The translations under genes were made by a program, and so were the position numbers. Below are positions 38,091 to 49,451 of a stretch of DNA of 64,000 nucleotides, piece by piece. Location of the stretch: contig JBLDXI010000026.1 in the NCBI GenBank assembly GCA_047495785.1, forward strand, positions 1,116,001 through 1,180,000. Reading direction: 5' to 3'. The notes below the pieces were generated by a model that saw only the letters and a list, made by a program, of their open reading frames with translations, searched no databases and had not been told where the DNA came from. Within the stretch, counting starts at the first letter, position 1, and each line of letters opens with the position of its first letter. This DNA comes from Lepidodermella squamata. Lineage: Eukaryota; Animalia; Gastrotricha.

Positions 38091-38561
38091 AGACGTCTTA
38101 TTTGCGTGCACATTTTCAGTTTTTCTGGGCTATTTTTTGAGGCAACTTCATACCCTATAATAAGTACAGCAGAAAATAATTTTGTAAACGCGATGAAAAT
38201 GAAAATAAACAAAAAGATTGGATTGTGCGTGCGCACTCGCACGTGTAAAAATACCGAAAAAGCACGGTTAGCTCGCATAGCGTGTTCTTCACCGGTCAGC
38301 ACGCGTTCTTCATAAAACAAATTGCATAGCGGTAACATTTTAGTGACCGGCTGCGTATTTGCAGTGTTTTGCTGCGACGCGCACACGGCCGATATTTGCG
38401 CATGGCGATTATATTTTTCGGACACAGCACGTTTTCTGTCACGCACCGTAAATAACCATTTCGGACGTTCCAAAAAACGGGTTTACGCATATTTACCTTC
38501 CGAGTCCCAAGTAGCACCAAACGGATGAATGCCTGACCACGATTTCCTCAGTAAAACTAAA

Positions 38562-40242
38562 ATGATACCCCAAATATTGCGGTTTTTGCTAAACAGCATC
38601 TTATTTCAGGTTTGAAAAATCACTCTGAAATTAAATTTCTTATAAGCCTATCTTCATTTAGTTAGCTATCGCAGGCCACGATCAAGCCGATACCCTTTGT
38701 GTTATACCATTGAATGCTCCTAACGCTCAATTTTTCCATCGCGGCATTAGGGTCGTAAATGGCTTCCCTCTGCCAGCCGGCTCTTTCGTTTCAATGAGAT
38801 GCGTCAAACCCTTCACCTCAACTGCTCGATTTCCATTCTCCCAATGTGTCTCCGATGGATTCTGGTCCCCTCCGTTAGGCACGTGCCTTAACAGCAACAG
38901 TAACGCTGCTATGTATAACGGTCATAGTGGTGTAAAACGAGGGCCGCCCAATTACGTAACAGCACCTGAGAGAACAGTCGACCCATATTGGACCTGCGTT
39001 GTACCAAAAATGCCACATGCCGTCTTCAAAATTGCGGGCGAAAACGTTACAGCTGGTGCTGTAGTAAAAGGAGGCAGTGCGGCATACATGGCATGTTTAC
39101 ATCCATATCGAGCAGTCTATGAGTATTCGTTCTCGGTTTGCGCTGGTCAGGATCGCTGGTCACCCGGGTTCGGCGAATGCTCTGCCTTCAACAAGTGGAA
39201 GAATACGAAGAACGAGGAACGAAGAGGACCAACTTACTCCGAGTCTTACCCGCCTCATGCTCACCCATCGCCTATCAAATTATTCGGTCATGTTAAAATT
39301 GAGGAGGAAGTCCCAACCACAACGACAACTACTACAACTACCTCGACTAGTACTACGACTGAAGCTTACACTGAACCTACAACACGTAGAAGGAGGTTTA
39401 AGGGTCAATGCGGTATTGAGGGCGAACCAGGAAGTCTAAGCGATGGCGAATCGTTTGCTAGTCGTGGTCAGTATCCTTGGATAGCGAAGATTGAAGCAAA
39501 GTTCTGGGGCTCGAAGACCCTCCAGCCATGCAGCGGGGCTTTGATTTCGGAAGAGTGGATTCTCACCGCAGCCCATTGCGTCTACAACGTTGAAACTCAA
39601 GTTGACGCAGAGTGGATCCGAATCCGGCTAGGCCGCTATGATTTGATGTCTTCAATGGAATCTCGCGTTGAGCAGCAGTCAACTATCGTTCACATTCATC
39701 CGACTTTCGATCCGAAGAAGATTTCCGTGTTTGACATTGCTCTGGTCAAACTAGAGCCGCCGGTTAAGATTCATACCAATATTAGACCCATCTGCTTGCC
39801 GGATGATATCTGCTACCCTGTTAAGGTATCATCTACCACCGATACTGTTGACAATTGTCACAATGTAACGATAGCAGGTTGGGGTAGAAACGAAAGTAAG
39901 TCATTCAACTCACGAAATATGCTTAATGTATGATTGCGATTTTTCACAGCTGAAAGTTATCAGAGGATTATGAGAAAGGCAGATCTTGCTATAAGGCCCC
40001 GAACGGAGTGTTACGACAATGGAGCGGTTTACAACGAGCAGCTATGTGTGGCTGACGACGGACTTCACTCGTCGTGTCGCGGAGATGGCGGCGGGCCTCT
40101 GATGTGCAGATCAGGGGATCGCGTTCATACAATCGGAATCACTCCTGGAGGACGCTGTGGCACCAAAAATCGAGGTAGTCCGTCAATTTACTCGAGAATC
40201 TGCCCATCGTTACAATGGATCTACGAAGTGATGGAAAATTAA
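38562..40242 (+). CDS. SP7: signal peptide + 2 Sushi/CCP + serine protease homologue (Ser195->Gly, non-catalytic)
   Basis: Two CCP modules and a poly-Thr linker; TAAHC and FDIAL retained, but GDGGGP and no R/K-IVGG site. Confidence 0.85.
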
Positions 40243-40586
40243 ACTTATATGTACCATTTTCGACATTTCCAATTTTTTCATTCCACAATAAAAATTTGTT
40301 TAATAAATGAGGCTTCGAAGGATGTTTGCTAATTTCTGAAGCCATCGTGACTCTATAATGAGCTGTTAAACTCGTGTATGGCACTGTGGAAATTGCCATT
40401 GTGGATTCGTCTGCCACGCCAACTTGCTTGATGGCTGTTGGGTAGCGGCTCTTTCAATTATGCTGGAGAAAAAAGTTCAGTGAGTGAGAGTAAGAAATTC
40501 GTGATTATAAATTGCCCCTCATCCCGAGTGCCATCATATTTTATGGCGTATTTTATTAGCGTATTTTGGCTTTTAAACCTTAATAC

Positions 40587-43530
40587 ATGAATCAGATCCG
40601 TTTCGCAATTTTAGCCTGCCTTTTCTTCGCAAGGCCAGCATCGTCGGCGGTAATCCACGATTCATAATATGCTTGCCATTTTCGTCTCTACTGGAATTTT
40701 TAAGGGTGATTGTCAAGTTGGAGAATTTTCTTGCAGAACGACAGGAATATGCTTTCCGGGAGGTTATGTGTACGTCAATCAGTAATAACTCAAGATTTGT
40801 AATTGCTTTCATGATATATCTATTCAGATGTGATGGGGACCGTGATTGCAGTAGGTTCCGCATACTTTGAAATGATTTGGTTTGCACTTATATTTAAAAT
40901 GGCAGCAGACGGAAGTGACGAAGAAAACTGTTCAAGTAGCCGAACTCAAACGACACCAAACACTGTGTGCTGCCTTTTACGTTAAATCCGCCATGTCTAA
41001 TTTCGTAATTCTAGACCCGGCAGACTCTGCAGCCGATCATCACTGCCCCCACTACGGCAGCTACACCAATCAGAGGAGTAAATTGGAAGAGTTGCTTGGC
41101 TTTGTGATTTTTACAATTTCAAATCAACACAGGGAGCTTGCTCATCCACCGAGTTCACTTGCAAATCAAACGGCAAATGCATTTTATCCTTCTATGTGTT
41201 GGTTTATTTATGTGCAAAGCATTTTAGATGAAAGCTTTAACCATTTCTTAGATGCGATGGCGGTCGTCCAGACTGTGGTGAGTTGGATTATGAAGTTGCC
41301 AATATCAGGAAATAGATATTTCGGAATTCAGAGGACGGAAGTGACGAGGCTGACTGCCGGACCACTACATCCCGTTCGACAACAACTGCCACTACCAGTA
41401 CAACTGATCAGGTATATTGCCTATAGAGAAACCCTGAAATATATTAAACAGGTTTTATCGTATTTATTGCAGGTATGAATGAATTCAGGAAGTTTACAAT
41501 AACTATAAAAGAATATTTAGAGTGGCTGTACTTCGGATCAGTTCGCATGTAGATCTAATGGCAAATGCATCCCCGCAAAATATGCGACGATGCGGTGAGG
41601 GAAAGAAGAAAAATGATTTTTCAAAAAACAACCACTTGTGTTTTTATATCGCAATAGTATCGTTTCTCTTCTTCATAAGTCGCAATTACGGAATATATGA
41701 GATTTAGCATTGGAAAATTGGTGAATTAGCTTAGAAGCATAGAATTTGCCGCTCGGAAATGTTCGAAAATACCAGAAACTCTACGTTTAATTCTCGGATT
41801 TTCATCAAAATATATGGCAAGGCAGCAATTATGGCTCTATTTCTGCTATCGGAATGATTAAATCGTGGGTTTTTATTAGGAGCATATTAGCCAGAGATCA
41901 ATTAGATAACAATTTCTGACAATAACATTGAAATAACCCCAATTAGCTACAAAATTGCATTTGAATAATAATAAAAAGCGTTGTTTCTTTAAGGATGCAA
42001 TTTTTCCCTTTTTCTTCTCACCGCATAGTCATTTTGAAGGCTACGTCAAAATCCTTTCAAACCCATAAACTTGGCGATTAGATCTTTCAAAATTATGTTT
42101 AGCCATTGAAACACTGATATTTCAGCTATTTACAATGCTGCAAACTTTTTTGAACACACTGTATTCTTACAGAGAAGGTGCACCGCTAACCATTTCGCGT
42201 GCAGAAAGATTTTTCAATGCATTCCAGTTAGTTATTAGTAAGTATGAAGCGCAAGTATAGCTATAAATGCTCAATCAAAAACTTCTGTGAGCTAGGCGTG
42301 ACAGTGAGCTTGATTGCAGTAAGGAAACCTGCAAAAGGTTATAAAATAGTTAGTTTGGTCTGCTTAAGGTGCGATGTTAATGACGAAACAAAAAGCACAT
42401 GTATTTCCAAAATATTTCCTATAATACTCCAAATCATATAAACATCTCCACGGTTTCTCAAGGACCGACGACAGGAGGTGAGATGGTACAATGAAAAGGA
42501 ACATTTTTATATGAAATGGCATTCAGCCGTCGTGCGGTGATGACGAATTCAGCTGCAAGTCGAATGGATTCTGCATTCCCAGTGATTTTGTGTGAGTCAC
42601 GTTCATCCTTCGCCTACGAGCACTATAATATTCTTTTATCATGATGCTTCAGGTGTGATGACGAAGCCGATTGTGGTAAGAGAAGTCGCGCCTAATTTTT
42701 GGAGGTGATTATTTTAAATTTTCCCTTAAAACTCAGTCGATGGTAGCGACGAAGCCGAATGCGACTCCACAAGCAGGGAGGTAATTTTTCTAGATACACT
42801 TCTACTTCTGAGAAAAAGCTTCATTCCATTTGAGGTAAATAACCCGGATATTTCGTGCGGGAGTCAATTCCGTTGCTCAAGTGGCCAATGCGTACCTGCC
42901 ACATTCGTGTAAGACTGTATCCATAATGTGATCATGATATTTATAACAAGATGAGCGCTTATGCCTTCCCATAGATGCGACGGGGATAGAGATTGTTGTA
43001 AGTTACAAGAATTACTATTAGCCTTTGGAGATAGATGATATATCATATGCTTTTGCAGCTGACGGAAGCGATGAAGCTGGCTGTAAGACAACAACGAGAG
43101 TGGTAAGGAATATCAGCTTTTGTTGAAATAGACTCAAAGTCCTATTATCTTTTTCAGGTGAGCAGGACATCGACCTCGCGAACCGGTTTCTGTAATGGAT
43201 TCACGTGTCGACTATCTGGAGAGTGCATTCTTTCTAACAGTGTGTAAGTCGCCATCTCTCGTTTTAGTTTTACCACGATGAAACTGTCAACCCTATTAAC
43301 TTTGTTTCAGATGCGATGGCAGAGACAATTGCTGTAAGTTGTGCTAACTACTCATGGGTTAATTGTAGATTACGCCACAATTTGCTAGTTGACGGTAGCG
43401 ATGAAGAGCACTGCTCCGCAACAACTACTCAAGTAAAATTCGATTGCTGCATTACGGATTGTTGCATAACTTGAATTTTCAGAGCCCTGCGACGACTTTT
43501 GTATGAGACGACCGATGGAGATAATCGAGG
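40587..43530 (+). pseudogene. Degenerate LDLa-only gene (copy A), tandem duplicate of 45129-48091
   Basis: Colinear with copy B, but the end of module 3 and all of module 4 are replaced by a TE-like insert (~41600-42161). Module 5 has a spliced TA|G stop, Cys->Arg, a 2-nt insertion and a lost donor. The 3' end is approximate. Confidence 0.65.
41600..42161. mobile_element. Tc1/mariner-like relic (only the right terminus is recognisable); a related end lies at ~44520-44725
   Basis: TTTTTGAACACACTG|TA at 42161 and TTTTTAGACACACTG|TA at 44725 with similar upstream sequence; absent from the paralogous copy B. Confidence 0.45.
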
Positions 43531-45128
43531 TTAAAGTCAGCATAATTAATCATCGTATATGCACTTGTCGACCTGAAAGTTGTTATTCATTAGCCGCCGT
43601 GTCTTGAATCAGTGCGCGTTTTGACAAATTAACATGCTTATCTATGAGGTTTGAACATTAAAGATGATTTCGTAATTATTTGTAAACTACAGGCGTGAGA
43701 GTATTTTGGGTTTAGATTAAAGCAACAAACATTAACTGAAACTCTGAATCAATTCCTATGGACTGTTGTTTCTGATCGAATAAGGCCTCTAAACAGGCCG
43801 CCGTAAAATGAGAATGAGCAAAATATTGCAGTAGAAGGTTGACGACCCATTCATGCTAAAAAGGGTGCTACGAAGAGAGTTTTCTTTGGTCATTAAATGC
43901 CATCCCTGCTACGATAAAACAAATGAACTTGCTACGGAACAAATACAGCGTCAAACTAGAAACAAATTGTGTAATACTAATACATAAATTGCTGCTCATT
44001 CTGGCGAACTTTTCCGTTGCTAAACATGAATTTGATAGCTCTAAGCGCCAAGTTTCTGCGGTTGGAAGGACGTTCTGAAATGTCTCTACTGAAATGAGGT
44101 AGATCCGGAATCAGACGTGGCTTGCAGAATGCACATTATCAGGCCCGCCCACGTTACGGCTCTGCGCGCGCTCCTATTGGCCAGCTCATTTTGAACTGTA
44201 ATCATGCATGAACTTGCAAAATGACGAAGTTGTGAAATAAACAAAGAAATGCGCAATTTTGTTAGCCAATAAAGTTATTCTCAAGGAGTTCAATTTTATT
44301 TCTGGCTAATGTTACCAAACTTTCATCGTCCCTAAACAGCGCAAGAAATGCTGCCATTGCCTCTATTTTGACAGTAATTCGAGAACTTCACGAGATTCCG
44401 AGGTAGAGCGTTCCTGGCATTTCCCAACCTTTCAGAGAGGCAAAACTAAATCTTCCTTTAGTTTAATTATTAAATTTTCAAATTTAGTACTCATGTTTTT
44501 ACCGTGATTGCGACTTTGGAAGACGGGAAACAATGTCATTGGCGACTTCAGAAACCTTGTTGTTGTTTTTTGAAATAACTACTTGTCTATTCTTTCTCTG
44601 AATTCTTATAACCACAAATCTCGGCGAATGCAGCTTTCAAAATCATGTTTCAAAACCACGGAAAGATTCGCCAAAATGAGCGAATGGAAGCAATATATTA
44701 TTTTCAAACGTTTTTAGACACACTGTAGAAAGCTGTTTCCAAGAGTTCATTTCGCCGGTCTTGAAATCCTTGAATTCCTGCAAATCCAGTCTGCTAAGAA
44801 TTGCTACGCTGGCCGCAACGACGTAAATTTTTCATTCCACATTAAAATTTGTTCAATAAATGCGGCTTCAAAAATAAAATTGAAGATATTCTCTAAAAAG
44901 GATGTTGATTCATTCTTAAAGCCTTCGTGACTCTATAGTAAGGTTTTAAACTCATGTACTGCTGTAAATTTCCACTGTAGTTTCGTCTGCCACGCCAACA
45001 TGCCTTTTGTGTCGCTGCTCTTCCTATTGTTTCGGAAAAAAAAGATTAAAAAAAGACGTGGTAATATGTTGCCCCTAGTTCCGAAAGTCATCATATTGTG
45101 TATTATTTTGGCTTTCAAACTTCAAGAC

Positions 45129-48091
45129 ATGAATCAGATCCGTTTCGCGATTTTAGGCTGCCTTTTATTTGCTAGGCTAGCATCGGCAGCGGTAATCCAA
45201 GATTCAAATTTGTATTACTATTTTCGTCACTACTGGAAATTTTTAGGGTACCTGTCAAGATGGAGAATTTTCTTGCAGAACAACAGGAATATGCTTTCCG
45301 GGAGGCTATGTGTACGTCTAATAGTAAAATTTTATTGCTTTCATGGAATTCTTTCATATTCAGGTGTGATGGGGACCGAGATTGCAGTAGGTTCTGCAAG
45401 CTTTCAGCATATTTGATGAGAAATTTGATATAATGACAGCTGACGGAAGTGATGAAGAAAACTGTTCAAGTAGCCGAACTCAAACGACATCAACCCCCGT
45501 GTGTTACCTTTAATTTTAAATCCGCCATTTCGAATTTCGTAATTCTAGATTCGGCAGCCGACCTCTACTACCACCACTACATCAACCAGAGGAGTAACTT
45601 GAAAACATTCTCTTGGCTTTGCGATTTTTATAATTTCAAATCAATAGCAGGTAGCCTGCGCATCCACCGAGTTCACTTGCAGGTCAAGCGGCAAATGCAT
45701 TTTATCCCGCTATGTGTTGGTTTATTTATGAGCAAACCATTTTAGATGAAAGCTTACCCCATTTCTTAGATGCGATGGTGGTCGTCCAGACTGTGGTGAG
45801 TTGAATTCTGAAGTTGCTAATACCAGGAAATTGTTATTCGGGGAATTTAGAGGACGGAAGTGATGAAGCGAACTGCCTGACCACTACACCAAGGGCAACA
45901 TCCCGCTCGACAACAACTACCACTACCAGTACTACTACTCGGGTATATTGCCCAGAGAAACTCTCGAAGATATCAAAAATACATTGTATCATATTTATTG
46001 CAGGTATGAATCCGGCTTGAGGATTTTAGCAGTCACTGTAACAGGATATTTATTAGAGTGGCTGTACTCTGGATCAGTTCGCGTGTAGATCTAATGGCAA
46101 ATGCATCCCCGCAAAATATAGGTATGTAAGGCTATTTTTGGTGAAAAACCCAAAATCCTTATTTTCTCGGCAGATGTGACGGAGGACGACCAGATTGTGG
46201 TAAGAAAATAGGCTGCATGCCTGATCTCTACAGATTGATACGGCACTAACTCCTAGATGATGGAAGTGACGAAGCAAGTTGCGGAACATCCACTGCCAGC
46301 ACAGTAATAATTTTTACGCGATTAGCGAAAAACATTACCTGTCCTTTTCAGACTAAACCTGCGGTATGAACGGCGTTTAAACTAGAGAATGGGATAATTT
46401 ACGCTGCTGTAATAGCTTAGCTGCTCGCCCGATCAATTCGCATGCAGAACGACTGGCCAGTGTATACCAGCTCGTTATCAGTAAGTTGTGAGGTCAGTCC
46501 TAATGATTTTGATACGACGTTATTTGAATGAAATAGATGCGATGGAGGCTGGCCTGATTGCCGTAAGACATGAAACTGATATTCCGAAATGGCAACGTAA
46601 ACTTCATTAAATTCAGTCGACGGAAGTGACGAAGCGAACTGTTGGCCATTTCCCTTCTCCACCTCGACTGTAAGCCTTTCATGAGACTTGAAAATACGGA
46701 ATCAGATGTTAATGTTTTAGCCTGGATCGAGATGGGTGATCTCGGTTAGTACGCGTAATTTGCTCCACAAGTGCTGCATGACTTATATTATATTATTCCA
46801 GAGAAGGTGCACCGCTAACCAGTTCGCGTGCACAAGGATTTTTCAATGCATTCCAGCTGATTATTTGTAAGCATCAAGCACAAGTATAGATATCAATGCT
46901 CAATCAAAAACTGTGAACTAGGTGTGACGGTGGGCTTGATTGCAGTAAGCAAAACTTGCGAAAGCTTAAGTAAAATGCGCATGATTATACTGGGGTCTGC
47001 TTAAGGTGATGGTAGTGACGAAACAAATTGCACATCAATTATTTCCGTAATATTTCATGTATAATCCTTCAAATCATATAAACATTCCTCGGTTTCTCAA
47101 GGACCGAAGACAAGAGGTGAGGTGGTAACATGAAAACGAACATTTTTTTCATGAAATAGCATTCAGCCGTCGTGCGGTGATGGCCAATTCAGCTGCAAGT
47201 CGAGTGGATTCTGCATTTCCAGTGAATATGTGTGAGTCACGTTCATCCTTTGCTTATAAGCGCCGTATAATAATTTTCCGTGATGCTTCAGGTGTGATTA
47301 TGATGCCGATTGTCGTAAGAAAAGTCGCGCCTAATTTTTGGAGGCGATAATTAAAACTTTTCCTTAAAACTCAGTCGATGGTAGCGACGAAGCCGAATGC
47401 GACTCCACAAGCAGGGAGGTAAATTTTGTAGATACACTTCTACTTCTGAGAAAAAGCTTCTTTACATTTGAGGTAAATAACCCGGATATTACGTGCGGGA
47501 GTCAATTCCGTTGCTCAAGTGGCCAATGCGTACCTGCTACATTCGTGTAAGACTGTATTCATAACGTGATCATGATATTTATAACAAGATGAGCGCTTAT
47601 ACCTTCCCATAGATGCGACGGGGATAGAGATTGTTGTAAGTTACAAGAATTACCATTAGCCTTTGGAGAACAATGATATAATATGCGCTTTTGCAGATGA
47701 TGGGAGCGACGAAGCTGGCTGTAAGACAACAACGAGAGTGGTAAGGAATATGAGCTTTTGTTGAAATAGACTCAAAGTCCTATTATCTTTTTCAGGTGAG
47801 CAGGACATCGACCTCGCGAACCGGTTTCTGTAATGGATTCACGTGTCGACTATCTGGAGAGTGCATTCTTTCTAACAGTGTGTAAGTCGCCATCTCCCGT
47901 TTTAGTTTTACCACGATAAAACTGTTAACCCTATTAAACCTGTCAATCTTCCTATAGATGTGACGGGGATAGAGATTGTTGTAAGTTACAAGAATTACCA
48001 TTAGCCTTTGGAGAAGAATGATATAATATACGTTTTTGCAGATGATGGAAGCGATGAAGCTGGCTGTACGAGAACTACGAAAATCGGATAG
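45129..48091 (+). CDS. Secreted LDLa-only protein (copy B): signal peptide + 8 LDLa repeats, no protease or TM domain
   Basis: MNQIRFAILGCLLFARLASA followed by eight C-x-F-x-C...C..|CD....DC|.DGSDE..C modules that splice in frame; ends AGCTRTTKIG-stop at 48091. Confidence 0.8.
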
Positions 48092-49387
48092 CTTTTCATC
48101 GTGGACTCGGGTATCGAATCACAATCGCAGTGGTAGAAAAATACCGAACGTCCAAAACCTTATTAATTATCAATATATAACAATGATGCATTAAACAGTC
48201 TTTAATCAATATCTTATCAAATCTAAAATATTTAATCAGTTATCAATTATTATCTTATCTTCATTCTTTTTCTGATTTTGGGGCTGCGTTTTAGAACAGG
48301 TCTGCCGAGTAAACTATGGCGATTTTCGAAAAATTCGCAAATTTTGAATTCAAAACTCCAGCCTCCTTTCAAAGTTTTACAAAATTTCATGACAAATTTA
48401 GAATATTGGTGAATGATGGAGGATGATGGTGAATATGAGATCGAAGTTATCCACATCCGAAGCGAGTCGGACTTCGCGTGGGATTCGGAATTAAATTTTG
48501 CGTGGCGAATGACCTTGACTATCAGGTTGACCAGGCCTGTTTCAGAAATGCTGAAGAATGAGAATTTGCGATCAGAAATATCCTACGAAATCAAACTGAA
48601 CTTGATCACATTTCATCAAACCATGCTGCAGATTTTAACCTTCATAATTAGGCAAGCATCAAGTACGACTGGAATGATGCGAATAATATTTTCCCTTTGC
48701 TTGTGAGCATAAGCATGAATCAGCTAGCGCAGCAAAAAAACGCGAAAATAGGAGTTATTAGCACTCGAGCCCGGTTACGTTTTTTTACTGGCCCGCGTAG
48801 AAGTTGTTTTTGGGCTTTTCAAATATCAATATAATGCCAATTGCGATTGGCGATATTTTGCAAATTCCTGGAAAATCAGTAAAAAATCTTCGAAGTTTGC
48901 TCTAGGTATCGACAAGTGGACCGTGATGCGGGGTACCTGGACCATTAAAGAACTGCTTGATTATCATCAACTTGATTAATTGATCACGAAATTTATTTAT
49001 ATTTTCCAAGAGTTTACTTCGCCGGTCTTTAAATCAATTACGTGGCCGAAAATGACATATACAGATGATATACAGCGTGAGAGCTGAGCCTTCAGGCCGC
49101 TGCCTCAACTCAAGAAAACTTTACGAACTTACAAGTTTTAATAATTCAAAAAGTGTTTGTCCGGCATGAATTCCTATAACGCAACGGGGTTAAAGTGCCT
49201 GCGAACCTCTTGGTTTGGATCTACTTGGTTGGCATTGTTTACATGGGCACATATACACACGAATTTTACGTGTCGTGAATGAGGTTTGCCTAGTTTTCGA
49301 TGCCGAAACACATCATTCGTTATGACACATGAGGCCGAGTCGATTAAGTGCACACCGCTAATTGCATTCCACTGAATGCGCACACAA

Positions 49388-49420
49388 TATAAAGCCATGA
49401 GCTCCCCTCAAGTGAGTGTT
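49388..49420 (+). promoter_or_regulatory. Core promoter (TATA + initiator-like) of SP8; the initiator block is shared with SP9 and SP10
   Basis: TATAAA followed ~20 nt later by CTCAAGTGAGTGTTGTA, which recurs at ~53612 and ~57601 together with an upstream CGTGCACAC..TAATTGCATTCC-like block. Confidence 0.45.
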
Positions 49421-49451
49421 GTAGTTTTCAAAATTTCATCTTAGAAGAAAG

